A program made the position numbers and the translations under genes. From a virus (taxonomy: Duplodnaviria > Caudoviricetes): DNA of 64,000 nucleotides. The stretch is taken from positions 1-64,000 of IMG/VR virus record IMGVR_UViG_3300033067_001743; one strand, written 5' to 3'. Shown here piece by piece: positions 1-8,815 of this stretch. The notes beneath the pieces are model-generated. The model was not told the DNA's origin, did not search any database, and was given only the letters and a program-made list of their open reading frames with translations. The number at the start of each line of letters is the position of its first letter. Within the stretch, counting starts at the first letter, position 1.

Positions 1-1
1 T

Positions 2-256
2 TTATCTTAACGGATTGTACCTATATTCCTTTATACTTTCGAAATTTTCTGCTGTGACTTTAACAGTTGCCCTTGCAGTATTCAAAATATAAGGAAATTG
101 ATTCAATTCCTTTTTTAATGTTTCAATTAGAAGTGGATCATCTTCACTAAGATATATTGAAGTGGAGAATTTTTCCAAGGTGATTACAATTGCTGTAACC
201 ATATGTTTTCCAGAATCTATTCGAGTCTGATATTTGGTTATGTCAATTGTCTTCAT
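2..256 (-). CDS. hypothetical protein
   Basis: 84-aa ORF directly downstream of a host-type promoter (281-333). Confidence 0.6.
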   Translation of the reverse strand: MKTIDITKYQTRIDSGKHMVTAIVITLEKFSTSIYLSEDDPLLIETLKKELNQFPYILNTARATVKVTAENFESIKEYRYNPLR

Positions 257-280
257 CTATCCCTCTTTTAAATTATGCTG

Positions 281-333
281 CAAAGATAAGGGTAAACCTT
301 TGAACTATGCAAGTGGATTAACAAGTTGTTAAC
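281..333 (-). promoter_or_regulatory. Bacteroidota-type promoter with upstream GTTAA-N6-GTTAA repeat
   Basis: Minus strand TATCTTTG (281-288, TAnnTTTG -7 box), TTG 21 bp upstream (310-312); plus-strand TTAAC at 318 and 329. Confidence 0.7.
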
Positions 334-336
334 AAT

Positions 337-2211
337 CTATTCATTGGTTGGTGTTAAAACATACACTTCTTTTCCAATGACTTTATTTGCTATTAGTGTT
401 GGTGTGTATACTTGAGGTACTTCTGTTGCTATTAATGATTGCTTTCCAATCCTAAACTTTACCAATGTATCATTTGATGTTGGGGACCAGTAGAAGTATC
501 TATTCATCAACCCCTTCCTAAACTCTAAAATGGTCACTCCTGCAATACTTCTATCTGCCTTGAAGGTATAACCATCTAAATTCTTTACAAGCGATTGTAA
601 GGCATTGTAAGAAGGTTTTTTACCGTATGATGTTCCTACACTTGGAACTTCTCCATAAAGTATTCCAGAAGATAAAAATAAACTACCAGTTTTAGCAGAA
701 TTATCATCAATTCCATTATACAAAAATAACTTATCTACTCCACAACTCAATCCTATTAAGAATATTCTCTGTAACCACCAAGATTGTAATTCTTCACTAT
801 TATGATTTCCATACAATTTTGGATACATACTTAACCATTTTACTGTTGGTGCTTGTGTATCATATCCAAATTCACTATACCAAACCTCAGTTCCTTTTGC
901 AAAGTTTTGAGATACGAACTGAACTAAATCTTTTAACCTTAGATCAAGGTTATCTTGCTCTGGACTAACCCCTTCACCTGTTAAGTCAATGCTTGATGCA
1001 GGCCATTTTGGGTCTTTTGAGTTTGAATAGTGGTGTACATTAATTACATCAGCACAGAACCTTTTATCTTTCCGGTTAATTTCAAACCACTTCTTCATTC
1101 TCCAAAGATATTGGATGTTTATTTCAGCCAATCCGGGAAGTACTAACTTCACACTTGGATCAGCATTTTTAACCCCAACATACTGTCCCATTGAACCTTC
1201 ATGTCCATCCCATAAAGCAGACATAAGTGCTGCCATTTGTTCAGGAGTGTATTTGTGAAGATCATCATTCCAAGGTCTATCAGGTTCATTTTCAAACTCA
1301 AAATAAGTAAGTAAATTAAGACCTGACTTTTTCTCATTTATGATGTCACCATTCCATCTTGGTTTTTGGTTTACTTCCAATAAATTACTTGGATAAACTT
1401 TTGATCCATATCTGGCTGTATATTGCCAAGCATATTTTGCAAATTCCAAGTATTCTAAAGGAGTGTTACCTGAATTTGTAGTCCAACACATTCTTCTACT
1501 TCCATCAGCACTCATCCAATCTGGAATTGTATTGATACAGGGAATGGCAGTTACTCCTAATTCTTTCAACTTTGCAAAATATTTATCATAATTTGCATTT
1601 GCTTGAAAAGTTGGCTCAACCATTAATCCATCCCTTGTCCAAGTCCATTGGGACATTTGATAAATCCTTAAATTTGGAAAGATTAGTAGGTCATTTGGAA
1701 TCCAGTGATAACCATTCATTCCAAACTTTTTAGCATCACCAGTTAACTTCTTTAAAACTACTGGTGTGGGAGTTGGCGGAACTACAACATCCTTACCTCC
1801 AAAGAATTCTATTTCTTTAAGTGGCACATCTCCTTGAATGTCAGATATTGACAATGTTAAGTATCGAACCTTTGTTGATACTTCCCTTTCCTGCCATGCC
1901 ATATACAACCCAAGATCAACAGTTAGAATTGTAGTATTATCACTTGTTAAAGTAACAGTAGGTTTCCCAACACCATCAAACAATCTAACCTTTGTAATTG
2001 TAGTAGGTTCTCCAAAATCAAATTGAACCTTTACTGGATACTTTGATGCATCCCAGCCGGGAAACCAACCTGTTTCAGTGTTTCCATCAAATAATAATTC
2101 AACACCCTCTGCTTTACCAGATAATACTGTGCATTTTGGTGTTGGCAGTTTGTTTTGTGCATTCAATTGAATTGAGAATGCAAGTAATATTAAAAGCAAT
2201 ATATGTTTCAT
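337..2211 (-). CDS. secreted clan GH-A glycoside hydrolase with N-terminal discoidin/CBM32-like domain
   Basis: Signal peptide (MKHILLLILLAFSIQLNAQ); LFDGNTETGW...VQFDFG beta-sandwich; PPTPTP linker; ENEPD acid/base and SEFGY nucleophile motifs. Confidence 0.75.
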   Translation of the reverse strand: MKHILLLILLAFSIQLNAQNKLPTPKCTVLSGKAEGVELLFDGNTETGWFPGWDASKYPVKVQFDFGEPTTITKVRLFDGVGKPTVTLTSDNTTILTVDLGLYMAWQEREVSTKVRYLTLSISDIQGDVPLKEIEFFGGKDVVVPPTPTPVVLKKLTGDAKKFGMNGYHWIPNDLLIFPNLRIYQMSQWTWTRDGLMVEPTFQANANYDKYFAKLKELGVTAIPCINTIPDWMSADGSRRMCWTTNSGNTPLEYLEFAKYAWQYTARYGSKVYPSNLLEVNQKPRWNGDIINEKKSGLNLLTYFEFENEPDRPWNDDLHKYTPEQMAALMSALWDGHEGSMGQYVGVKNADPSVKLVLPGLAEINIQYLWRMKKWFEINRKDKRFCADVINVHHYSNSKDPKWPASSIDLTGEGVSPEQDNLDLRLKDLVQFVSQNFAKGTEVWYSEFGYDTQAPTVKWLSMYPKLYGNHNSEELQSWWLQRIFLIGLSCGVDKLFLYNGIDDNSAKTGSLFLSSGILYGEVPSVGTSYGKKPSYNALQSLVKNLDGYTFKADRSIAGVTILEFRKGLMNRYFYWSPTSNDTLVKFRIGKQSLIATEVPQVYTPTLIANKVIGKEVYVLTPTNE

Positions 2212-2228
2212 AGAAGTTTCCTTTCCAC

Positions 2229-2236
2229 ATAAATAT
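2229..2236 (-). promoter_or_regulatory. putative phage late promoter motif ATATTTAT
   Basis: Lies 18 nt upstream of the GH gene; same motif at 3221-3228 and 48617-48624; short and AT-rich, so chance matches are possible. Confidence 0.4.
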
Positions 2237-2277
2237 CACTTTTATTAAAATTAAATTACTGTACATTAAGTATTTTG

Positions 2278-2349
2278 TAGCCGTGACAGGAATCGAACCT
2301 GTATCTAAGGTTTAGGAAACCTCCATTCTATCCGTTGAAATACACAGCC
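2278..2349 (-). tRNA. tRNA-Arg(CCT)
   Basis: GGCTGTG/CACGGCT acceptor stem, GAGGT-TTCCTAA-ACCTT anticodon arm, GGTTCGATTCC T-arm; no encoded CCA. Confidence 0.92.
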
Positions 2350-2353
2350 AGTT

Positions 2354-2371
2354 GCCCCGAAGGGCTTTTTT
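2354..2371. terminator. GCCC-TTCG-GGGC hairpin (UUCG loop on minus strand; T-tract on plus strand)
   Basis: Short GC hairpin immediately 5' of the tRNA. Confidence 0.45.
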
Positions 2372-2561
2372 ATTTGTCAAACTCCATCTCCAATCCATCT
2401 ACTCCAAGTACAGTATCCGAAAATACATAGGCAAATTTTGCCATTGGGTAGTTTAATTTCTTGATTGTGTCAAGAGTATTTTTCTCATATTCCTCAAAAG
2501 ACTCGAAACTAACTACTCCAAGTTGTTTTTTATTCTGGTTGAAAAATTTTACAGTTATCAT
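2370..2561 (-). CDS. hypothetical protein
   Basis: 63-aa ORF in the gene string. Confidence 0.55.
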   Translation of the reverse strand: MITVKFFNQNKKQLGVVSFESFEEYEKNTLDTIKKLNYPMAKFAYVFSDTVLGVDGLEMEFDK

Positions 2562-2584
2562 TTCTATAATGTTTAGTTACTCAT

Positions 2585-3163
2585 TTAAAATGGATCGCCA
2601 ATTGGTTCAAGAGTTCCAAGAAATCCAACTAAGTCCCCTTTTTCGTTCTTCAACCTTTGTGCAACACCATGAACCTTTTGCTTTCTTCTATCAGAAAGAA
2701 CATAGTGATACTCATGGTCGAAATTTGAATCATTTATTATACATCTCTGCCATTCTTCTATCACATCCTCTTTTTCAAAAATCCAGTTGGTCCAGTTATC
2801 TCCTTTCAACTCTGTTTCTGTCCTTCCAGTGATCTTGCATAAATTTTTGTTTACATCAACACATCTACCCTTTTCATCACTAATCCATGTTCCAATCGGA
2901 AATGACTTTATGATTGCAGTAGTTGTTTGTTGTTGGAGGGATACCTTTGTTTCAATTCGATTGATTGCATCTCTTAATGTACTCCCACCATTAGGTCTAA
3001 ACTCCCCAGCAATGACCTGTATTTTTTGGTATAGGTCAGAAATGTCTTTAAACTTCTGCTTTAACCAAACCTTCCAAACTAATCCACCAACTATACCAAA
3101 AGGTGCCAACAACTCAAGCCAATCTTTAAGCAACCCCAATAAATCTTTTACTGTAATATCCAT
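2585..3163 (-). CDS. membrane-anchored PAS-domain protein (holin-like N-terminus)
   Basis: One TM helix, then NGGSTLRDAINRIE, then PAS signature FPIGTWISDEKGRCVDVNKNLCKITGRTETELKG...GDLVGFLG. Confidence 0.75.
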   Translation of the reverse strand: MDITVKDLLGLLKDWLELLAPFGIVGGLVWKVWLKQKFKDISDLYQKIQVIAGEFRPNGGSTLRDAINRIETKVSLQQQTTTAIIKSFPIGTWISDEKGRCVDVNKNLCKITGRTETELKGDNWTNWIFEKEDVIEEWQRCIINDSNFDHEYHYVLSDRRKQKVHGVAQRLKNEKGDLVGFLGTLEPIGDPF

Positions 3164-3187
3164 TCTTTTCCGATCCTATTATTTTGG

Positions 3188-3225
3188 TTTATGAAAATAC
3201 TTGTTTATACAAGTATTTTCATAAA
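3188..3225. repeat. perfect 17-bp inverted repeat with 4-nt loop
   Basis: TTTATGAAAATACTTGT-ttat-ACAAGTATTTTCATAAA. Confidence 0.9.
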
Positions 3226-3240
3226 TATAGGATTTTAACT

Positions 3241-3723
3241 TCAAAGACAAGATATTTTTTGTATTATTTTTTTCTTATCAGAAAAACTTAATGCGTTTTC
3301 AACATATGATTGATCTTCATCATACTCAATTCTTTGATATTGCATTTTCCATAATTCTTCAAATGTGGACATTGTTGCAATATTTTCAAATGGTATACTG
3401 GAATCGTATGACTTGTTCCCTTCTTCATCATATTCAATTGCCCATTGAGTCCTATACTCAGGGGAACCTTCAACAGTTCCTTCTAAAGTAAGGGTTCCTA
3501 AATCCTGTTGGAATGTTCCTGCCAACTCATCAAAGGAGAAATCTGCCGATGTATTATGTGTTTCAACGAAAGCAAATTCCATATTGCCATCATCTAACTT
3601 TCTCATATACCAATCAAGATACCCACTATAAGCGTAATCCCCTCCATTACTGGAAGTTTCCCACTTATACTTAGAATAATCGTCGTAGGCTTTAAAAGTG
3701 CCAATATGATTCCATTTATTCAT
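3241..3723 (-). CDS. hypothetical acidic protein
   Basis: 160-aa ORF right after the duplicated promoter. Confidence 0.65.
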   Translation of the reverse strand: MNKWNHIGTFKAYDDYSKYKWETSSNGGDYAYSGYLDWYMRKLDDGNMEFAFVETHNTSADFSFDELAGTFQQDLGTLTLEGTVEGSPEYRTQWAIEYDEEGNKSYDSSIPFENIATMSTFEELWKMQYQRIEYDEDQSYVENALSFSDKKKIIQKISCL

Positions 3724-3726
3724 TCA

Positions 3727-3799
3727 CTTAATGTTTATTGTTGTGCAAAGATATGGGCTTAATGTTTATTGTTGTGCAAAGATATGGGCTTAATGTTTA
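3727..3799. repeat. 31-bp tandem repeat (about 2.35 copies) duplicating the -7 promoter box
   Basis: CTTAATGTTTATTGTTGTGCAAAGATATGGG x2 plus CTTAATGTTTA. Confidence 0.9.
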
Positions 3800-3828
3800 A
3801 CCACCAAGCCCATTTGAATATCATTAAC
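3777..3828 (-). promoter_or_regulatory. Bacteroidota-type promoter
   Basis: TATCTTTG at 3777-3784, TTG 20 bp upstream, plus-strand TTAAC at 3824. Confidence 0.65.
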
Positions 3829-3834
3829 AATTAA

Positions 3835-4533
3835 TTATCTTACCATGTATTTTTGGCTATCTGCTTCAACCTTTCGTCTTTTCTTTTCTTCAAGGTGTAT
3901 CATTTGGTATTTGATAACCTTTTGCTTGAATAGGTAGAAGGCTCTGTCTTCTTTGGCTTGATCCCAATTCTTATCAGCATAGTAAAATCTGGGACAGTGT
4001 TTTCCACTCACATCATAATGTCTAACAACTCGACTAATGTCTAAACCTTTGTTAACAAGTTGCCAGCCGATTTGCTGGGCAGTAGTTTCAATTATGAGTG
4101 AGTCGTTTCGTCCACCACCCAAACACATCTCAAATGAGAGAGAATTGTTGTTTCTTATTTTATTGGTTAACCAAGGTTTTGGTATAAATCCAAACCACTT
4201 TTTATCTCCAACTGCATACGCAACATTTCTTTCATCAGTACATTGAACAATTTCTTTGTCATCAATGCAATAGTGCGTTCCAGCACCTTCCTTATTTCTA
4301 AGGTATGTTGCATTCATTCGAGCATCTGCACCCGGATTTGGATTTGCAGTGTAGTGTATAACAAGAAATTCAATGTTATCCCTTCTCTTCTTTACAGTTC
4401 TATCCATTATCTTATAAAAAGATACTGACATAGCAAATGGGATTATAATAGCAATGAACAATGTTAAAATTTTATGATTGATTATCCAATCCGATACTTT
4501 TTTACTTATCTTTTTTAGGGTATTATTTTTCAT
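3835..4533 (-). CDS. N-acetylmuramoyl-L-alanine amidase (Amidase_2 endolysin) with N-terminal TM anchor
   Basis: LVIHYTA, THYCID, NSLSFEMC, VVRHYDVSGKHCP Zn-amidase motifs. Confidence 0.9.
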   Translation of the reverse strand: MKNNTLKKISKKVSDWIINHKILTLFIAIIIPFAMSVSFYKIMDRTVKKRRDNIEFLVIHYTANPNPGADARMNATYLRNKEGAGTHYCIDDKEIVQCTDERNVAYAVGDKKWFGFIPKPWLTNKIRNNNSLSFEMCLGGGRNDSLIIETTAQQIGWQLVNKGLDISRVVRHYDVSGKHCPRFYYADKNWDQAKEDRAFYLFKQKVIKYQMIHLEEKKRRKVEADSQKYMVR

Positions 4534-5174
4534 AGGTCTCCTCTACTTTTTAGAATTTGAATGTATGTATTCATTTTCTCTCTATTCCTCTCAGTCCTAG
4601 ACAATATATTTACAAAATCATGTCTCCACAAGGCTAACTCAAATTTTCTACGTTCATTATGCATTTTTACTACATTACAAGCATGACAACCGTTTTTCTT
4701 ACCTTTACATGGAATTCCAATGTGTGCTCCACATCCTCTACTACCACCACAACATTTCCCTAAACTTGCGCCCGTTTTTGTTAAACCACAATTATATGAA
4801 TATAACTGCAATGCTAAATTTTTTAGTGGGTCTTTGTTTAGTGTTCCATACTTGTTAATTTCCTTGATACTTATTTCAGTAGCCTCATCAAAAGTAACTT
4901 TACCATCATGTGTGTATTTGGCAATTTCTTTTCTTCTCCTTTGACCAAGGTCATTCCAGCCAAAACCAATTGAGTATGCTTTTTTACCTCTATTGTATCC
5001 ATCTGGATACCACCAAGATTTGTAACCTTCATTGGCTTTTATTTCCCAAACTAATATTTGATATGGTGAATATTGTAATTTTGGTGAGATATTTGCGTTT
5101 GCAAATAGTAATATTGTACATATAACAAGGCATATGTGTCCAGCCTTGTTAAGGACAGCGTGTTGTTTATTCAT
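4530..5174 (-). CDS. lysozyme-like (GH24-type) endolysin with signal/SAR segment, Cys-rich
   Basis: IKANEG...YPDG...YSIGFG motif, YSYNCG, RRKFE; hydrophobic N-terminus. Confidence 0.7.
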   Translation of the reverse strand: MNKQHAVLNKAGHICLVICTILLFANANISPKLQYSPYQILVWEIKANEGYKSWWYPDGYNRGKKAYSIGFGWNDLGQRRRKEIAKYTHDGKVTFDEATEISIKEINKYGTLNKDPLKNLALQLYSYNCGLTKTGASLGKCCGGSRGCGAHIGIPCKGKKNGCHACNVVKMHNERRKFELALWRHDFVNILSRTERNREKMNTYIQILKSRGDL

Positions 5175-5367
5175 AGGTGTGTCTGATTTAATTTATATTA
5201 AAGGATTATTGATTAATAATTTTAATCGAGTTTCTTATTCTAACTAAAGTTACCAGTAATATTATAAATAATAAACACATAGCGATTCCTTTAATTAGTT
5301 AAGATTCTGTTAAAACTACGCAATAAGTAGTAAACCTTTTTATATAAACAACAGCCTTTATTTGCCA

Positions 5368-5383
5368 TTAACATTTCGTTAAC
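5368..5383 (-). promoter_or_regulatory. GTTAA-N6-GTTAA element
   Basis: TTAACATTTCGTTAAC in the intergenic region upstream of the lysins; no clean -7 box at the expected distance. Confidence 0.45.
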
Positions 5384-5410
5384 AAACTGATTGTATTAAC
5401 TGTCTGTATA

Positions 5411-5620
5411 TCAACCCAATAATATATTTTTATTTGGCTTTGACCCTGATCTATGTTTAGAAACCCACTCTGTTAGGGTTTGCATGTTAACAACCAACTC
5501 TACATACTCATTAAGATTGCTTGGTTGGGTAGTTTTAAATTCTTTTGGATAAGACCCTTCTTGAATTAAATCAAAGTTCGTTGGTGTTACCCATATTTTT
5601 ACTGTCGTCTTGTCGTCCAT
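5411..5620 (-). CDS. hypothetical protein
   Basis: 69-aa ORF. Confidence 0.55.
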   Translation of the reverse strand: MDDKTTVKIWVTPTNFDLIQEGSYPKEFKTTQPSNLNEYVELVVNMQTLTEWVSKHRSGSKPNKNILLG

Positions 5621-5780
5621 TGTATATTTCTTCTATTGCTTTTATTATTAATGACCTCTCTTCTCTTAAAGAATCAAGGTAGGTTTGTGTTTTCATGTGT
5701 AAGTAGTCACACTCTCCAAGCATTCGGAATAAATCATCTAAACTCAGAGTAGTCTGACCGATCTTCAATTCTGTTTCCAT
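5571..5780 (-). CDS. hypothetical protein
   Basis: 69-aa helical ORF. Confidence 0.5.
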   Translation of the reverse strand: METELKIGQTTLSLDDLFRMLGECDYLHMKTQTYLDSLREERSLIIKAIEEIYNGRQDDSKNMGNTNEL

Positions 5781-6315
5781 AATCTGGTTTTAATTCTGCT
5801 ATAACTTTAGGTGCTTTTCTTAGAAATGATTTAGTGGTTAAGTCCCCATAATATAAAAAGAAACAGTTATAACAAACTATTTCTAAGTTCTCTTTAAGAT
5901 GGTTTCTTGGATTTGAATCTTTAAATACAAGATTTGTTGGTGACTTATAATCTGTTATTCTTTGTTCACAGAATCCACAAATCATACACTTGTCTTCAAA
6001 TATGGCCTCATCAATTAACCTTTCTTTTAGTTTCTTAATGCTATATCCCGGATGTTTTCCTAATAGGATATTATCCATTGTTGCTGTATTATGTAGATGT
6101 TTAACCTTACTAACCTTTTTACCTTGTTTATTTTTATGAAGTTCGTAAAGGTTCTTTCCAGTATCGTGATCATAAAACATCTCTGCATATTTTTTATATG
6201 CTCCAACAGTCATCTGTAAAAATGCTGCTGCCTGATTATTTGAAGATGAATTAGCCATTGCATACCTTACTTCTCTCTCTGTCAGATTGTATGCTGCTTT
6301 TTTCCAACGTGGCAT
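5734..6315 (-). CDS. HNH-like Zn-binding nuclease/DNA-binding protein
   Basis: CMICG...DSNPRNHLKENLEIVCYNC; the catalytic His positions look degenerate. Confidence 0.6.
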   Translation of the reverse strand: MPRWKKAAYNLTEREVRYAMANSSSNNQAAAFLQMTVGAYKKYAEMFYDHDTGKNLYELHKNKQGKKVSKVKHLHNTATMDNILLGKHPGYSIKKLKERLIDEAIFEDKCMICGFCEQRITDYKSPTNLVFKDSNPRNHLKENLEIVCYNCFFLYYGDLTTKSFLRKAPKVIAELKPDYGNRIEDRSDYSEFR

Positions 6316-6316
6316 A

Positions 6317-6637
6317 TTATTCTTTTAATTTATTTTGTTCCCAAACATTCATAAACCAAGTAATGGATGAAAAGAATAGTCCATTCCAAAACCAAGACAA
6401 TGTTGTATAACCAACATACTTAGCAAAGTCAAATAGTATTGGTGTTAATATAAATCCTACCCAAACAGATACACATAAAAAACATGAAATCAATTCATAT
6501 AAAACATTAGCAACTATTGAGGTTTGTCCTTTTACTTTCAACCAGTTTCTAATTGGTCTACTAACCTTTGACTCACTTACTATTTGACTAATCTGGTATA
6601 GTACGAATATTTGAAATATACATTTTAATAATATCAT
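6317..6637 (-). CDS. DUF1360-like membrane protein
   Basis: ELISCFLCVSVWVG motif, 2-3 TM segments. Confidence 0.6.
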   Translation of the reverse strand: MILLKCIFQIFVLYQISQIVSESKVSRPIRNWLKVKGQTSIVANVLYELISCFLCVSVWVGFILTPILFDFAKYVGYTTLSWFWNGLFFSSITWFMNVWEQNKLKE

Positions 6638-6906
6638 TACTTCAATGATTTAGTTCTTATATCAGCACCTATCTTTAGTTTTGCTAAAGATAAAGTAATT
6701 GCTGATACCTCTTCCTTATTACCTTCAAAAATTAAACACTTTCCATTTTTCTTAGCATATTCTACTACTTGAGTAATTTGCTCATCTGGAAACTCTAAAG
6801 TTTCTTTTAAGCATTGTTTAACCTTTGAAATAAATTCCTGATCGGTTTTATGAATTTCTTCTAACACTATATATACAAGCAAATTATCTTTGCAACAACT
6901 CATCAA
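6637..6906 (-). CDS. ClpS-like protease adaptor (divergent)
   Basis: EQITQVVEYAKKNGKCLIFEG...L...IGADI resembles the C-terminal half of Bacteroidota ClpS; LxNDD motif absent. Confidence 0.55.
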   Translation of the reverse strand: MMSCCKDNLLVYIVLEEIHKTDQEFISKVKQCLKETLEFPDEQITQVVEYAKKNGKCLIFEGNKEEVSAITLSLAKLKIGADIRTKSLK

Positions 6907-7022
6907 GTTTAACCTTTATACTTTGATAGATGATATTAATGTCTCCTACTTCACAATAAATTGGCATAAATGTTCTTCCCATTAATCCAATGTATGCTAT
7001 CCACTCTTTTGTCTTCAATTGC

Positions 7023-7478
7023 TTAAATTTTACTTGCACTTTTCTTTTTCCTTTCTTCTTTTTCTTTCATTAAAATCCTACCAATATCATAAGCAGGGCT
7101 GAACCATGATAAATCTGGTCCTTTTTCAGGTTTCTTTCCCGGCTCTTCTAAATCATCTGGTAAATCTGCTGATCCAGTATCATCATCTTCACTTGGCTTT
7201 TTTTCCGGCTTGTCTGTGTCTCCACCATCAGCAGGTTTATCTCCCATTTTCGCAGACAACATATCTAAAGTTATTATCTTTCCATTAACTTGTATTTGTT
7301 CTATTGATTGATAACTAAATCTATGTGTACCACCATATTCATCTTCTCCCATTGCATCTATACTGTCAGATACTTCACTTCTATCAGATATTGTATACCA
7401 TTCATGGTTTGCATAAACTTTAACCTTTGCACCTACATCAAGATATTGTGCCAATAAAACATTATCAAATATTCTCAT
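7023..7478 (-). CDS. hypothetical protein with acidic linker
   Basis: 151-aa ORF. Confidence 0.6.
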   Translation of the reverse strand: MRIFDNVLLAQYLDVGAKVKVYANHEWYTISDRSEVSDSIDAMGEDEYGGTHRFSYQSIEQIQVNGKIITLDMLSAKMGDKPADGGDTDKPEKKPSEDDDTGSADLPDDLEEPGKKPEKGPDLSWFSPAYDIGRILMKEKEERKKKSASKI

Positions 7479-7628
7479 CAGGGTTTTTTCCTTTCCTATA
7501 ATTATTATTTTTTTTAGACTTTAGTTCTTTCTCAGCCTCATAGTCTTTAGTCTTTTTCTTGACTATTTTCTGTTTTGGTGGAAGGTCATCTAAATCTTCT
7601 AAATCTTCCCAATCATTTACATTTAATT

Positions 7629-7964
7629 TCATTTTACAATACTTGCTTTATTAATGCGATCAAACATTTGTTCTATGGAGAATTGCTTCCCTTTTGAACT
7701 AAATATCTTTATATTTTCTAACACATCCACCCTTTCTGTTATTATTGCCTTTTCTAAAAATCTATAACCTTCTAATTTAGTAAATACAGATTCTAGATGA
7801 AAGGTTGTTTTAGTTTTATCTAAATACTTTTTTTGGTAGTGCTCTATGCCGATTTGATTCATCTCCCTGTCACAGTGTTCTTCTGTATTTCCCGGCCACA
7901 AGATGTAAAATTTTATAGTTTCTGGTTTCTTATCCATTGTTCTACTGTCATTGTTGGTTTCCAA
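7629..7964 (-). CDS. hypothetical protein
   Basis: 111-aa ORF. Confidence 0.55.
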   Translation of the reverse strand: METNNDSRTMDKKPETIKFYILWPGNTEEHCDREMNQIGIEHYQKKYLDKTKTTFHLESVFTKLEGYRFLEKAIITERVDVLENIKIFSSKGKQFSIEQMFDRINKASIVK

Positions 7965-8815
7965 TTCAAAATGGCTTCCGCCAAATGATTATGTGCAAGT
8001 GCTATTTTAGGCTCCAATCTTGCTTCAAGATACTGTCTTGGGTGATTTGCATCTATTAAATTGCAAACCTCATTTACAGAATAATTTATACCTGAACCTA
8101 TGTTGAATATCATCCCACCAATATCTTCTATTTTTGATGCTTTTATATTTGCTTCAACTACATCATCAACATAAGTAAAATCTCTTCTCTGGTTGCCATC
8201 TCCATAGATGATAAATGGCTGTTTATTTTTGTATAAATTCAAGAAGTTTGGTAGCATTTGTGGATATTGTCCTGAACTTGGTTGGTTGTCTCCATATACA
8301 TTAAAGTATCTCAAAGATATTGTATCAATGCCATAAATATCGCTATAGAATTGACATAGCATTTCCCCTTGAACCTTTGTAAAAGCATATGGAGATGTTG
8401 GTGATACACTATCGCATCCTTCATTAAATCCTTCAAATCCGGGGTTATTGTCTCCATACACTGAACTACTTGAAGAAAATATAAATCTATTTATCTTCCA
8501 ATATCTACATGCTTCAAGTAGATTTAATGTACCTGTTACATTTGTATCATGGTATTTAATTGGATCAAGGAATGAAGGTTGAACCCTTGCTTTGGCAGCC
8601 AAATGGAATATACACTCCACTCCATCAAATAAATGATGACCCGGATTTAACTTTGATATATCATGTTTATGAAATTCAAACTCTGATTCCCAATCAAAAT
8701 CAGGTGCTGAATTTGAATAGTCATCTATTCCAACTACTTCATAACCCTCTCTTAATAACCTTTTAATTAAATGTCGGGCTATAAATCCATTACAACCCGT
8801 AATTAATACTTTCAT
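7913..8815 (-). CDS. NAD-dependent NDP-sugar epimerase/dehydratase
   Basis: TGCNGFIA, HLAA, SSSSVYG, YAFTK (YxxxK), RYFNVYG, RDFTYVDD. Confidence 0.93.
   Translation of the reverse strand: MKVLITGCNGFIARHLIKRLLREGYEVVGIDDYSNSAPDFDWESEFEFHKHDISKLNPGHHLFDGVECIFHLAAKARVQPSFLDPIKYHDTNVTGTLNLLEACRYWKINRFIFSSSSSVYGDNNPGFEGFNEGCDSVSPTSPYAFTKVQGEMLCQFYSDIYGIDTISLRYFNVYGDNQPSSGQYPQMLPNFLNLYKNKQPFIIYGDGNQRRDFTYVDDVVEANIKASKIEDIGGMIFNIGSGINYSVNEVCNLIDANHPRQYLEARLEPKIALAHNHLAEAILNWKPTMTVEQWIRNQKL

Noticed and set aside
3727-3799. Possible mini-CRISPR array
   Set aside because: The repeats are directly adjacent with no spacers. The Cas4-like nuclease at 43784 is a common stand-alone phage exonuclease.
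6885-6892. Plus-strand TATCTTTG as an antisense promoter
   Set aside because: It lies inside coding sequence, lacks the upstream GTTAA element and has no credible plus-strand gene downstream.
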